Positions 18,800-30,148 of a DNA stretch of 59,239 nt are shown piece by piece. The notes under the pieces are model-generated. The model ran no database searches. It saw only the letters and a program-made list of their open reading frames with translations, and was not told the origin of the DNA. The stretch comes from a virus (Duplodnaviria > Caudoviricetes): positions 1 through 59,239 of IMG/VR virus record IMGVR_UViG_3300033153_005246. One strand, given 5' to 3'. Position 1 is the first letter of the stretch. The number at the start of each line of letters is the position of its first letter. The position numbers and the translations under genes are program-made.

Positions 18800-21046
18800 T
18801 TAATCACATTTAGAATATCCACAAATACAAGATAAACACCCACCCTGATACACTAAAGCAGTATTACCACATTCAGGACAGACCGCAGATTTCTTTACTT
18901 CTTCCCCCTCTTCAATATAACCTTTCAATACTCTAGCCAAACCACGAGAAAATGAAGCAAAGTTATCCTCTTTCACAAGTGTATCTACAATAAATTGTAA
19001 AGGAGTAACACTATTCTGGTGACGGAGCGCCATTGAGATGATTCGAGTCATGGAACCATATTCTTTTTCAGCACCTTCTGTTAAATCCTCTGTAATGGTT
19101 TTACCCTTAAGATCCAATAGTTTATAATGTCCTTTTTTTGCTTTTACAATTTTGCCAACTTTATCTTTAAAATCTTTAATTGGATGGGTTACAAATACTT
19201 CATATACTTTCCCGTCAAGAATACCTACAAGTATGAGAAGCTTTTCTCCCTTTGAAGAGATGTTATACACATCACAGGGCAACGAGTTTGGACGTTTAGG
19301 GGCAATCCTATCTGAAGACACTTCTTTGCTTTTAGCTTCATTATAATTATCCTCAGTGATGAGAACACCTGTTTTGCTTCCTTCCCTATAGACGGTTACT
19401 CCTTTTGCCTCACTTTTCCATGCTTCCATATAAATAGATTCTATATCTTCTACTGTAGCATCTTTTTTAAGGTTATACGTGACAGAAACAGCAGAATCTA
19501 TGTATTTTTGAATGACACTAATCAATCGTATTTTTGAATGATTATTAATAGTGTGTGCTGTTTTCCATATTTCTGGATCTAATTCATCAGCATTTTTCTT
19601 ATTTACTTCTAATCCCTTATTTCTAAGTTCTTGCACTACTAAATCATTAAAAATAAACCATTCTTTCCAATCTCCTGTAGTACTCCTTTCTCTCCTAACA
19701 TAATATTTTGCAAAGATAGGTTCAATACCAGATCCTCCAGACTCAACGATAATAGACACTGAACCATTGGGTGCTAGTGTTGTTTTGCATACATGTGCTT
19801 GGAAATCCAAAATTTTATCTGTAATTATTTCTTCAGATAACAACATTTGCACAAAAGGAGATGACTTATACTTTTCTTTATCATAAGAAGGAAAAGACAT
19901 CCCATCATAATTTTTAGCAATATCATGAGATGTTTTATATGCTTGTCCGGTTAAATTGCTAAATATCAATTTTGCTTTTTCTACTGCTGTTGGAGAATCG
20001 TACGGTACACCTTCTCTTATCAGATAATCAGCAAATCCTGTCACCCCTAATCCTATTCTTGGTATCTCTTTTAATTTCTTAAGTTGGTCTTCAGAAGGAC
20101 TTCTTTGTTCTATTATTTCTTCTCTTCTAAAAGCATCTAAAACAAATACCATAAAATCAGTCAACTCAATAAAACCTCTATACCTATACTCATGAAATTT
20201 AGATAGATTCACAGAGGATAATAAACATACATTATGCCCATCCAACACCTGCTCCGAGCATCCGTTGACGTTATCAATTGGATACCCTAGCCGATCTGAA
20301 TTGCTGTACTTTTTGGATGTATCCCAAAATAAAAGCCCTGGGTCCCCAGACTTGTGTGCATGTTCCGCTATCATTCGAAATAATTTTCTTGCTGAGATTG
20401 TTTTTCTAATCGTTTCATATTCATTTTCATAGAAAAATTCCCAGTCTATATCATCTTCAACCGATTGCATAAACTCATTTGAAACTTTTATAGATATGTT
20501 TGCTGTCTCTAATACTCCTTCTTCATCTTTACACTTGATGAACAATGGAATATCGGGATGTCGAATATCTAAAGAAATTAAAGAAGCACCTCTTCTACCA
20601 TCTTGTGCAATTTCTTTAAGTATGCCATCAAAAGTCCTCATAAAGGACACAGGTCCTGTTGATGTGTTTGATGAGTTATGGACAACCGCCCCTGAAGGTC
20701 GTAGAAGAGAAACATCAATCCCTTCACCTTGACCCACCGCTGCAAATTTTCCCCACCAATACCAAGCATCTGCAATAGATTCTAAATTATCTTTTGGAGT
20801 ATATAATGTTGTGCAGTTTACAGCAGACACATTCTTATTAGGATTCATAGCACTTCTGAAAAGTCCTCCGGCAAACCCAACCCATTTCTTACTACCATAT
20901 TCAATAGCTTTCCCTTTTAAATGAGGATAATATTTTGTAACTACAGCATCTATTCTTTTTAAAGGATCAATAAGTTTCTTATCTATTTCCAGCATATATT
21001 TTGCTCTGTACACCTTCTCTGCCATTTCTGAATTAAATTCCAACAT
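18800..21046 (-). CDS. nrdJ: Class II (B12-dependent) ribonucleotide reductase
   Basis: VNC, GRRGA, NGCSEQ, CLLSSVN, APNGS, GIEP and KGVTVYREGS motifs, C-terminal CPEC/CxxCGYSKC; no beta subunit nearby. Confidence 0.85.
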   Translation of the reverse strand: MLEFNSEMAEKVYRAKYMLEIDKKLIDPLKRIDAVVTKYYPHLKGKAIEYGSKKWVGFAGGLFRSAMNPNKNVSAVNCTTLYTPKDNLESIADAWYWWGKFAAVGQGEGIDVSLLRPSGAVVHNSSNTSTGPVSFMRTFDGILKEIAQDGRRGASLISLDIRHPDIPLFIKCKDEEGVLETANISIKVSNEFMQSVEDDIDWEFFYENEYETIRKTISARKLFRMIAEHAHKSGDPGLLFWDTSKKYSNSDRLGYPIDNVNGCSEQVLDGHNVCLLSSVNLSKFHEYRYRGFIELTDFMVFVLDAFRREEIIEQRSPSEDQLKKLKEIPRIGLGVTGFADYLIREGVPYDSPTAVEKAKLIFSNLTGQAYKTSHDIAKNYDGMSFPSYDKEKYKSSPFVQMLLSEEIITDKILDFQAHVCKTTLAPNGSVSIIVESGGSGIEPIFAKYYVRRERSTTGDWKEWFIFNDLVVQELRNKGLEVNKKNADELDPEIWKTAHTINNHSKIRLISVIQKYIDSAVSVTYNLKKDATVEDIESIYMEAWKSEAKGVTVYREGSKTGVLITEDNYNEAKSKEVSSDRIAPKRPNSLPCDVYNISSKGEKLLILVGILDGKVYEVFVTHPIKDFKDKVGKIVKAKKGHYKLLDLKGKTITEDLTEGAEKEYGSMTRIISMALRHQNSVTPLQFIVDTLVKEDNFASFSRGLARVLKGYIEEGEEVKKSAVCPECGNTALVYQGGCLSCICGYSKCD

Positions 21047-21052
21047 TTCCCC

Positions 21053-21367
21053 CTATTTCAAATCCTTAATCATATCTTCCACTTTCTCTTTATTCAACCC
21101 ACCGCTAAGTCTGTCAAGATACTCCCCATTATTAAATAACATAACCGTAGGTACAGATCGTAGGTCATACTCAACAGCCAATGTGTGTTCTTCTTCTGCA
21201 TCTATTTGATAGAATTTAATGTGCTTGTTTTCTTTTGCCAATTCCTCATAAGTAGGGGCAAATATCTTGCATGGGTTACATGTTTTAGTTGTGAATTTAA
21301 CCATTATTGGTTTTTTTATTTTAAGAACCTTGTCCTCAAAATCTTTTGTTACTAAATTTTTAATCAT
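21053..21367 (-). CDS. trxA: Thioredoxin
   Basis: CNPC active site and cis-Pro loop 'SVPT'. Confidence 0.9.
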   Translation of the reverse strand: MIKNLVTKDFEDKVLKIKKPIMVKFTTKTCNPCKIFAPTYEELAKENKHIKFYQIDAEEEHTLAVEYDLRSVPTVMLFNNGEYLDRLSGGLNKEKVEDMIKDLK

Positions 21368-21612
21368 TTATTCTCCTTTCTACTGTCTTTAGAATACCTT
21401 AGACGTCTTAGAGCTTTTACTTCAATCTGTCTGATCCGTTCTCTTGTAACATTAAAATACAACCCAACTTCTTCAAGTGTCAATGAATAACCACCTTCAA
21501 GGCCAAATCTCATTTTTAAAACTTCCTGTTCCCGGGGTGGCAGTGTTTCTAAAACATCCTGCAATTGCTCCTGAAGAATTGTAAAGTCCTTAGTTACTAT
21601 ATTTTTAATCAT
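21364..21612 (-). CDS. Stand-alone sigma70 (RpoD) region-4 domain protein
   Basis: [47 protein letters not shown] is the primary-sigma region 4 HTH; regions 1-3 are absent. Confidence 0.9.
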   Translation of the reverse strand: MIKNIVTKDFTILQEQLQDVLETLPPREQEVLKMRFGLEGGYSLTLEEVGLYFNVTRERIRQIEVKALRRLRYSKDSRKENK

Positions 21613-23211
21613 TTATTCTCCTCAAAAGTTAAAGTAATCTTTTTGATTATCTCTTCTGCGTATCTTTTACCTGCTATTCTTATTTTTATAGCATCCCATA
21701 ATGAAAGTTTAAACTTAAGCTTTACAGTCAATGATCCTATTTCTGCCATTTACCCTCCTTTTATTTTTCCTTGATAAACACATTCTTTTTAATATCAAGC
21801 CAGATAGGAGGTTGTGTTGCTCCAGAAAGAATACCTATCCAGATATTACCATGAAATAGGAATTTTAGTCTTTCAAAGAACGAGGCAGACCATAAACTGA
21901 TACAAGTCCCCTCTGAACGACAAACCCAAAGACTGTCACATTCACCATCTGTCATAGATTCTGGCTTTTTTAATTCGACTTGTGCTTCTTTAAAATATTT
22001 TGGTTTCACTTTAACAACTCCTTTATTTGCATTCGGGACAGTGGTTTTCCTGTCCATATTTCTTTTCTATTTCAATCAGAAACTCCTTAAATCTCATTTC
22101 CAATTCTGCTTCTTTAGTTTTTCGACAAGAAACACATGGTACTAAATTCTGTATATTATAGGCTTGCCTATAGAAAGATACTAATTTGAATGCATCTTTT
22201 GAATCAATTAAAATACCATCTGTAGATTGCTCATTAGTCAATCCATTGGGAGTATAGAATATAGTTCTGGTATTATTCAAAGCATTGAGTTTTTCATAAA
22301 CTAATTTTAGTTCATTGAATAGCATTTAATCTCCTTTTAATAAATATGAACTTCTTCTATAAATTTTAAATCTTCTTTTTTAATATTAGTAAATCCTATT
22401 TTATTTAAACTATTTAAAAAGTATCTACTCCAAAAATAGGATCTTTGGCAAATAAATGAAATTGTGTTTCTCCAGAATGGGCATTGCCAGATTCTCCATA
22501 TACAATATTTTTTACCTCTTTTAATAACGTTTCTAAAACATCAAATTGATCGACAGCATCTTCGAATTCTTCCCATAATTGTAATAAGCCAAACTTATTA
22601 AGTGTTATATAATCAAAATTAATACCTATACCAGCCACCGCATCATAATCTACTCCCATACTGTTCTCCTTTTTCTACCTCTGCAATAAGCTCTCTATAA
22701 TTTGCTGCAACTGTAAGTGCAACAGGAAACTTCCCATTCTCTATCTCTATCCAAAGTTTTAATATTCCTTTAACAATATCCAAAGAAAGACCTAATTTAT
22801 TGCAGACTTTCAAATAAACTTCTTTCTCAAGTCTGTCATCTAACACTTCTTTAGCATCATTGTTTTTCACAATCTGCTTAAAAATAGTCATAAGATCATC
22901 ATAGACATCTTCTTCAAAATTCAAATGAGTTTTTCTTAGCTCTTTTACCTCACGAACTGGCTCTATTAAATTGTCACATTCTAAAATAGTAGTAAAGTAT
23001 TTAGTGATTTCCTTCTTAATCCTTTTAACATCCTCTGTCTCATTATTCTCTTTGGGAAAATGAGTATCCATGAAATCGTTCTTTAAATCCCGATTATGTG
23101 CAGATAGATCTTTTTTCTCCATTGTGAAGGATTTATACTTTTTATAGTAATCCTTTATCTCATTAACCAATTCCTTACTTAATTCTTCCATTTATTTTCT
23201 CCTATTTTCTT

Positions 23212-24105
23212 TTAACAATTATTCCAACATGCAAGAGTTAATCCTGCAATACCGCTATCATACATCACTTCTTTAAAAGAGTCAAGTACTAAATCATTAA
23301 TCGGATCATCTTCTTTTTTACTATTTAGTAAAACTTTAACATGATAACTCAGGACAGTTCTTCTAACACCTTCTATATCCCCAACACCAACAGTCTTTAA
23401 TAATGATCTTACAGTTTCCCAATCACCAAGTGCCTTGGCTATTTCATAGCCTGTTGCACTCTCTTGCATCTCTCTTTCCAAAAGTACTAATTGTTCTTTT
23501 TCGGATTCCACCCCAATCAACAATTCCAAGTCAGTTAGACAATCTCGTATACCATTACTATTCTTTTTGCAAATTTGTGTAAGAACATGTCTGCCAGCAT
23601 GGATTCCTTCTTTTTCACAAATATTGTTAAGATATTCCCTAGTTATTTTAATATCTGGGAATTCAAATCGAAACTTAATAAAGCGGCTTCGAATAGTCGG
23701 AGGAATTTTATCCAAATTAGTGGTACAGATTACGAAATAAACATTGTTTGGTGGCTTATTAGTAGCAATCAACAACGCATCAAAAAATTTTGCCGTTCCT
23801 TGGTGTGCTTCCTCTAGTAATATGATTTTATTTTTATACCCAAGACTCACGTTATTTATATTTCCAGCTATTTCTCGTGATTTAGAAATTCCATTTTCTA
23901 CTCCCCCATCAGTAAGTTCGATTGTGCAATCAGGAATGCCTCTTTGCATGATAGATGCTGTTGTTGATTTTCCCATACCATGTTTACCATATAGAAGTAT
24001 ACAGTGAGGAAATCCAGTCTTTTCATACTCCTTAAACTTAGAAATAATTTCAGGATTTCCTACCATTTCATCAAATGTTTTAGGAAGGTATTTATTATGT
24101 AACAT
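23212..24105 (-). CDS. dnaX: Clamp loader / DNA Pol III gamma-tau-like AAA+ ATPase
   Basis: KYLPKTFDEMVG, GKHGMGKST, LEEAH and TIRSRF motifs. Confidence 0.85.
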   Translation of the reverse strand: MLHNKYLPKTFDEMVGNPEIISKFKEYEKTGFPHCILLYGKHGMGKSTTASIMQRGIPDCTIELTDGGVENGISKSREIAGNINNVSLGYKNKIILLEEAHQGTAKFFDALLIATNKPPNNVYFVICTTNLDKIPPTIRSRFIKFRFEFPDIKITREYLNNICEKEGIHAGRHVLTQICKKNSNGIRDCLTDLELLIGVESEKEQLVLLEREMQESATGYEIAKALGDWETVRSLLKTVGVGDIEGVRRTVLSYHVKVLLNSKKEDDPINDLVLDSFKEVMYDSGIAGLTLACWNNC

Positions 24106-24724
24106 TCACATCCCCCCATTTTCTCCAATTATGATATGCTTCATAACGTTTATCAATATCAAACATCATCTCTTCTCTTTTCGAAGAATCAATGCTTTGT
24201 AAAAAACTATTAAAATGATTGCATTTAATAAAAGCCTTCTCTTTACAAGCTCCCCTATAAATACAAGAAGGGACACAATAAAAAGCCACTTCCGGCTCTA
24301 ATTCCCCTACAGCTTGTACAATCTCTTTTGTTAATTCTCTTGTCTCTTTATTAACACATCCTACACATAATCTTGTTCTAGCAAAATTAGTAAAACTCTG
24401 GGCATTATATGATTGCATAATATCAGTTAAGTCTGCCATAGTTTGTTCTTCTCTGGGTTTATTTCCCCTATCAGATCTCATGGTTCCAACATAATGTTCT
24501 ACTCCCATTTTATGCCGTACAATTTGATCAGATATCCATCTCATTAATTCTTTTATTTTGAATCTAATTTTCAATTCTCTAATTGGAGAATGTTCTGATC
24601 TTAAAATATCTTTTTTCCATTGTGAAGGAATATCTTTTTCTTTAATACTATTCTTATGGATGGTTGTAAGAGCTGCTTCTTTTACCCATTTCCACCCATC
24701 TATATTAATCCATTTTATATCCAA
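24095..24724 (-). CDS. thyX: FAD-dependent thymidylate synthase
   Basis: EHSPIRE, QIVRH and RTRLC motifs of the phage ThyX type. Confidence 0.75.
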   Translation of the reverse strand: MDIKWINIDGWKWVKEAALTTIHKNSIKEKDIPSQWKKDILRSEHSPIRELKIRFKIKELMRWISDQIVRHKMGVEHYVGTMRSDRGNKPREEQTMADLTDIMQSYNAQSFTNFARTRLCVGCVNKETRELTKEIVQAVGELEPEVAFYCVPSCIYRGACKEKAFIKCNHFNSFLQSIDSSKREEMMFDIDKRYEAYHNWRKWGDVNVT

Positions 24725-24734
24725 TTATATACTC

Positions 24735-25151
24735 CTAAAGATTATTAATGAGTTCAGAAATATCGCCAATTTCTAATTCTGTTTGTTTGTCGGCTGAAAG
24801 TAAGCTATCAAGCTTTTTCTCAAGAGTTGTCATTTCTTTTACTTTCTTCTTATATTTTTCTACTTCAACTCTACTTTTTAGATCTGAAATCCAATCCCCA
24901 AGTAGGTAACCATCATACTTAAACTCATCTTGAATATTAAGATCTTTAGCAGAGAGCAATAAGGTGTTTACAGTGATGAGTAGATGTTGTAATTCAACAC
25001 CTTTCAATGTGTTGATATTATATCTTCTACCTTCTACAGTAATGGAACAATTGGTTGTGGTTGTAACCTTAACACTAACCTCAGATATTTCCTTCTTCTT
25101 TTTTACAATACCCTCTTTTAATTCAATAATCTTATTATCATTCTTACTCAT
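24735..25151 (-). CDS. Hypothetical coiled-coil phage protein
   Basis: 138-aa ORF overlapping the end of the upstream gene. Confidence 0.6.
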   Translation of the reverse strand: MSKNDNKIIELKEGIVKKKKEISEVSVKVTTTTNCSITVEGRRYNINTLKGVELQHLLITVNTLLLSAKDLNIQDEFKYDGYLLGDWISDLKSRVEVEKYKKKVKEMTTLEKKLDSLLSADKQTELEIGDISELINNL

Positions 25152-26292
25152 TTTCTTCCTCCATAATGATTTCTTTTACACTAATATTATATCCCCTAGA
25201 TGTCCTGTGAATTTTACCATTAGATAAGTAATCATTCTTGTAATTACAATCCCCATTGTCAAATAGATCTTTTATAGAAGTGTATGTTGCAAGTATTGTT
25301 TCTTTACGATCCCAATAACCTCTAATTTGATCCTCTGTGTACTTTTGAAATATATCATCTTCTTTATTCTTTCTTATTTTAAATAAGACTCCATCGGAAG
25401 TGAAGAACTCTTTACACCAATAATGCTCCATAGAACCACCAAACTCTTTCGTGAAATCTTCATAAGAATATTTCTTCACTTTAGTGGTTTCCCCTAATCC
25501 AACAAATGATTTCTGATGCTCTAATGCTTCCATAAGTTCAGGGTATTCAGGGTGTATATCTTCCCTGATACAATATACGATTTTCTGAGGAACAGAAGTA
25601 ATTGTGTTCGCAAATAAAGAAGTAAAACTCTCATAATAATTTTTATACCACCTACTTCGATCCTGATTTGCACCAGCTTCGGTTTGCTTAACATCTGCAA
25701 ACCAATGTTTCTTAATCATAGGCTTATCTTCTTTTTGCCTATAACTGTCATATTCAATAAATCTCCCAAGATAGATCCATTCCTGCTCTTGTTTAGTCAT
25801 ATAAGTATGCCCAACAACCAAATCCTTTGCCTTTACAGTTGTATTGCTTAAAAGTATTTTAGAAGTACTGCACCATTCAGAATATTCAGGGGCATCTATT
25901 GGGATAAGCCAAAGCTCAGTCCCTTCCCAACCATAAACAAATTCTCCTTCAAGTCCCTTTCCTTTAATACTATTTGTATTCTCAAGAATAAAAAGAAGAT
26001 TAGGCACTGAAATTTCAAATTCAAACCCTCTCGGATCGTAAACTCTCGTATATGTTTGTCTAGTATTCCAACCACTCCAACTTGTACCACCCACCTTCTT
26101 ATTTAGAACAAACCCTTCTATAGGGGAATTAGCATACTCATCTTTCCCAAGATCTTTTTTTCTCCAACTATTCCATGATGTCTCTTTTCTAAGTTTGTCT
26201 TTCTCATCATAGTAAATTACATAAGCTAATTTCCCTGTGTATGTGTCCTCTCTATTATTATATCCTGATGTTATCTTATTTGGTATAAACAT
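25144..26292 (-). CDS. Hypothetical phage protein
   Basis: 382-aa ORF with RBS; 'VYDPRGFEFEISVPNL' block. Confidence 0.65.
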   Translation of the reverse strand: MFIPNKITSGYNNREDTYTGKLAYVIYYDEKDKLRKETSWNSWRKKDLGKDEYANSPIEGFVLNKKVGGTSWSGWNTRQTYTRVYDPRGFEFEISVPNLLFILENTNSIKGKGLEGEFVYGWEGTELWLIPIDAPEYSEWCSTSKILLSNTTVKAKDLVVGHTYMTKQEQEWIYLGRFIEYDSYRQKEDKPMIKKHWFADVKQTEAGANQDRSRWYKNYYESFTSLFANTITSVPQKIVYCIREDIHPEYPELMEALEHQKSFVGLGETTKVKKYSYEDFTKEFGGSMEHYWCKEFFTSDGVLFKIRKNKEDDIFQKYTEDQIRGYWDRKETILATYTSIKDLFDNGDCNYKNDYLSNGKIHRTSRGYNISVKEIIMEEENE

Positions 26293-26536
26293 TGTATCCC
26301 CCTATAAATAAGTATCATATAGTTCTTCAAGATTATTTACAGCTATTTCTAACGTATCATATTTATCCAAATCAGACTTTTTGTATTCTCCTGTCTTTAA
26401 GTATTTAATAGCAGTATTATGATCTTTGGAATCATTTTTACCAAACAAACCGTATTCTGGCAATCTATCTCTTTCTTCTTCTAGTGCTTTAATCAATAAT
26501 TCTTTTTTATCCACATTATCTCCTTTCATTTCATAC

Positions 26537-26565
26537 AGTATAACATGACTTCTATTTCTTGTCAA
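26537..26565 (-). promoter_or_regulatory. sigma70-type promoter
   Basis: TTGACA-17-TATACT with TG extension. Confidence 0.75.
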
Positions 26566-26954
26566 GCCTTAATTAAAATATTTCCTGCAACTTTACAACT
26601 ACCATCTATGCAGAGATAATTGCACTTACAATAACCTAATACACATCTAAAAGATCTATCTGAATAAAACTTACATCTAACTGTACTCATCATCAGCCCA
26701 TTTATGCCAATCAAATTCACATTCTCCCATTTCTTGACATAAGTCAGCATCCATATTACATTCAGGACATTCAGGAACTTCTATTGTAATTTTTGTTCCT
26801 GCTGGAAAACTTTTAGGATCTAGTTCAATAGTACCTAATTCATCCATTTCTTCATCATAAAAAGATCCTATCCATTGTGGCATATGTTCCTCACAATTCT
26901 TACCACCGTATACATCTGGCTTCATTTCCGCTGTTGCGATTGTTGTATATTTCA

Positions 26955-27527
26955 TCAAACATCCTTATAATAAATCTGGGGATATACCATTGCAATTTTA
27001 GCTTCTAATCCTTCTATACCAGAATCATTGTGTAATGTGTAATCTGGGATAATCTGATCCATTTCCTGCTCAGATGAATGTTGGTCTGTTGAAACTAATC
27101 CTTCTCTTTTTATCTTAAGAATATGTCCTCCCATTTCTTTAAGAATTTTAAATTCGTTAAGAAAACGAACATCTGATATTACTACATCTGCTCCTTTCGG
27201 TAGGCTTTCATACCAGTATTGGAATCTTTTGCACCACAGATTGTTTCCAATGATTTCATTAAAAGTTTTATTGAGAGTAGGAAAGAATTCTCTCATAGTT
27301 TCTGTTCCAAATACTTGCTGTATTTCTCTTCCACTCATACCCCATCGTTCATCTACAACTTCTTTTTGATCACCATTTATTTGGCTGTCTGACATCAAGA
27401 ATGTATCTGCTACGAAGTTCTTTATAGGAGAAGCAAATTTGTACTTCACAAATCCATGCTGTCTAATTAGATAGTCTGCGACTACATCTTTTCCTGCAAA
27501 TTTTTTACCTGTTATTCCTATGATCAT
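26955..27527 (-). CDS. Deoxynucleoside monophosphate kinase
   Basis: GITGKKFAGKD, FASPIK, REIQQVFGTE, SDVRFLNE and HSSE motifs. Confidence 0.9.
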   Translation of the reverse strand: MIIGITGKKFAGKDVVADYLIRQHGFVKYKFASPIKNFVADTFLMSDSQINGDQKEVVDERWGMSGREIQQVFGTETMREFFPTLNKTFNEIIGNNLWCKRFQYWYESLPKGADVVISDVRFLNEFKILKEMGGHILKIKREGLVSTDQHSSEQEMDQIIPDYTLHNDSGIEGLEAKIAMVYPQIYYKDV

Positions 27528-28276
27528 ACTGTTTTATCCTCCTCATATCGAAACTTTTTAAAATATCTTTTCTCAGCATTTATTCGTACTTCTTTTGCTC
27601 TTTCAAAATCAGAGTAGTATCCCAAAGCAATATACTGGTTATACACTCTTATCTGTACTTGCCATTTTTTATTTCTTTTATGCCAAGAAACACCTCGTAA
27701 TCCAGAAGTGTTTGCTTTGGTATTTCCCTTATTCCATTTATTTTGAAAAGAGGAGGCTATTCTTAAATTGGTTTTTAAATTGTTTAATTTATCAGTGTCT
27801 TTATGATCTATTTCTAAATCTTCTGGTGCACCCATAATAAGTCTGTGTAAATAAACTGTTTTATTAGAATCTCTGTATCTGCTGATAACATAACCATTTT
27901 TACTTAAGTTCCAACAGAAACTTTTTACTAAATGGTAGTCTGTTTCTTCTATTTTTGTATATTCTTTTTTTAAAGTTCCTTGCTTATTATAGAAATAAAT
28001 ATATATGGTATTCCCTACTCTTTTAATTTTATTTCGCACAGTGCGGTTTAATTTAGCTTGTTCAGCCATGAAACACCCACAACTAGTTGATTTCCCAGAT
28101 AATAAACTATATCGTGAAATAGATTTCACATTCCCACAGATACATTTGCACATGTATTTCCATTTAGAAGGAGCATTTGGCTTTTTCTGTTTAGAATTGG
28201 AATCTGCCTCAATAATTTCCCATCTACCAAATTTCTCTCCTTGTAGTAAATATTTTGGATGTTTATACTGTCTCAT
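27524..28276 (-). CDS. HNH homing endonuclease with AP2 domain
   Basis: CxCxCG...SCGC N-terminus, LHRLIM..IDHKD..KLNN...NLR, C-terminal NTSG..GVSW AP2 domain. Confidence 0.85.
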   Translation of the reverse strand: MRQYKHPKYLLQGEKFGRWEIIEADSNSKQKKPNAPSKWKYMCKCICGNVKSISRYSLLSGKSTSCGCFMAEQAKLNRTVRNKIKRVGNTIYIYFYNKQGTLKKEYTKIEETDYHLVKSFCWNLSKNGYVISRYRDSNKTVYLHRLIMGAPEDLEIDHKDTDKLNNLKTNLRIASSFQNKWNKGNTKANTSGLRGVSWHKRNKKWQVQIRVYNQYIALGYYSDFERAKEVRINAEKRYFKKFRYEEDKTV

Positions 28277-29381
28277 CTTTCTTACTCCATTTAATCATAT
28301 ACTCAGGAGATTTTGCTTTAAATCCAATATTTTGATCAGTCATTGATCTCCATACAAACCCTTCTCTTTTTGTATTACCAAATACTGATTTACCATTAGC
28401 ATCGGATAACACTTCTTCTATAGTATTTGGTAATAAAATATTCCAAGCATAAACAGGAACTGTTTCAAATCCATATTCATCACTAAATCCTATCATTTCA
28501 TAATAATCTAAAGTTCTCCCAGTGGCACTATCACTTACTTTAAATACAAATAATCGTGGAGTTTTAAACTTATATATATTTTTCTGAACACCTTCTTTAC
28601 AAATTTCCCCATGAATTGCGTATTTAATTCCGGTATCCTTATAAGCTTTTCTGAGTATTTTTTCTATTTCATACTGTTTACTTATCTGATCCCAATTACT
28701 ACCATCACCATCAAATCTCATAGCATTGTGAGAATAGAGTCTATACTCAGGATTCTTTTTGTTTCCATAAAGCATAAAACAAGAACTTTGTCCTTCCATT
28801 TTTTCTGCTTTATAGTATAGTTCTTCTGGCTTATTTTCCTTAAGCCAATTAAATACTTTTTGAACATTTGTCTCATTACTTTTCTGTATGGTATCAGGAT
28901 ATGTATTTTTAGATTTTTTCTTACCAAGAATTATATTTCTGAATACTTTATATTTTAACAAGAAGTTGGTGAATTTCCCATACTTCTTTTTGCTTGTATT
29001 AACAGATATTTCTTCGGGAGCATATTTTCTAGCACCTAATTTATCTGCTATAACTGTACCCACTTTTAATTTATGTCCATTTTGCAGTAAACTAAGAGGG
29101 AGACACAATCCTTGGCTAAAGACACCTGCCATTAACATATTTCTTATTCTAAAACCATCATAAAGAGAAGAGTAACAACGTGCTCTCAGAAACTCCAATT
29201 CTGGTCTAGGTTTTAATACTACATCATATTCTACATATATAGTGTAATCTCCAATAGTGTAATCTCCTTTAGTTACGATTACTTTCCATCCATGATCTAT
29301 TTCCGCTAATTCAATTCTGTCTTTTCCCAAAATAGGCTCCAAGCCAGTAATAACTGATATGTATACAAGATCTCTACCCAT
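28263..29381 (-). CDS. RNA ligase (Rnl2/DRB0094-like)
   Basis: N-terminal 'DRIELA..W.V' domain; EKMEG, HGE, REG and FKAKS ligase motifs. Confidence 0.8.
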   Translation of the reverse strand: MGRDLVYISVITGLEPILGKDRIELAEIDHGWKVIVTKGDYTIGDYTIYVEYDVVLKPRPELEFLRARCYSSLYDGFRIRNMLMAGVFSQGLCLPLSLLQNGHKLKVGTVIADKLGARKYAPEEISVNTSKKKYGKFTNFLLKYKVFRNIILGKKKSKNTYPDTIQKSNETNVQKVFNWLKENKPEELYYKAEKMEGQSSCFMLYGNKKNPEYRLYSHNAMRFDGDGSNWDQISKQYEIEKILRKAYKDTGIKYAIHGEICKEGVQKNIYKFKTPRLFVFKVSDSATGRTLDYYEMIGFSDEYGFETVPVYAWNILLPNTIEEVLSDANGKSVFGNTKREGFVWRSMTDQNIGFKAKSPEYMIKWSKKDETV

Positions 29382-29395
29382 AATTTCTCCTCTAT

Positions 29396-30148
29396 TTAAT
29401 ATTCATTTCTACATACACTAGCAGAAAACTCTTCGTGATATCTTTTCTCAGCTAATTTTCTAGTTTCTACTGCTTTTGAAAAAGACGAGAAATATCCCAA
29501 ATGATACTGCTTTTTATTTAACACAATAAATGGCAAGCATTTATTGTTTCTACAATGCCATGTTACTCCGGTAGCACCAGAAGTATTATTTGATTGTATT
29601 TTATGATTCCTATTATTCTCTTTGCTATTACAAATCCTTAAATTTTCTTTTTTGTTATTTAATGGACTGCCATCTATATGATCTATAACTAGATTTCCAG
29701 AATAATCTAAAATAAATCTATGTATTCTTGTAATTTTTTTATTGATTGGAGCACAAACATAATCCCTATCTGTGGTGTGCCAACAATAATCTTTTACTTT
29801 AGAGTAATCTTCTTTATCTATAACTATCTTTTTTTGAGAATCGTTACTACTTACTATAAGTATTGAATCTTCTAATGTTATAATTTTATTTTTCTTTTTG
29901 TTGGCTTCTTTTGTCTTTTTTATTGCAAGACACCCACAACTCTTTACATGTCCTCTACATATGGTATTTTTAGACAAGGTAACAATATTCCCACAAACAC
30001 ATTCACATGTATATTTCCAACTTGATGGTGGGATCATTTTTCCATTTATAAACTTAGATTGTTTGTCAAGATTAATAACAGTTAAACAATTAAATACCAT
30101 TCCCGAAGATAGATATTTAGGATACTTGCTACAAGATACCTCTCTCAT
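29396..30148 (-). CDS. HNH homing endonuclease with AP2 domain
   Basis: Paralogue of 27524-28276; IHRFI..IDHIDG..LNNKKENLR and NNTSG..GVTW. Confidence 0.85.
   Translation of the reverse strand: MREVSCSKYPKYLSSGMVFNCLTVINLDKQSKFINGKMIPPSSWKYTCECVCGNIVTLSKNTICRGHVKSCGCLAIKKTKEANKKKNKIITLEDSILIVSSNDSQKKIVIDKEDYSKVKDYCWHTTDRDYVCAPINKKITRIHRFILDYSGNLVIDHIDGSPLNNKKENLRICNSKENNRNHKIQSNNTSGATGVTWHCRNNKCLPFIVLNKKQYHLGYFSSFSKAVETRKLAEKRYHEEFSASVCRNEY

Noticed and set aside
18800-21046. Inteins or introns in nrdJ, polA, dnaB or ligA
   Set aside because: Lengths are ordinary, frames are uninterrupted, and no intein splice-junction or LAGLIDADG motifs were seen
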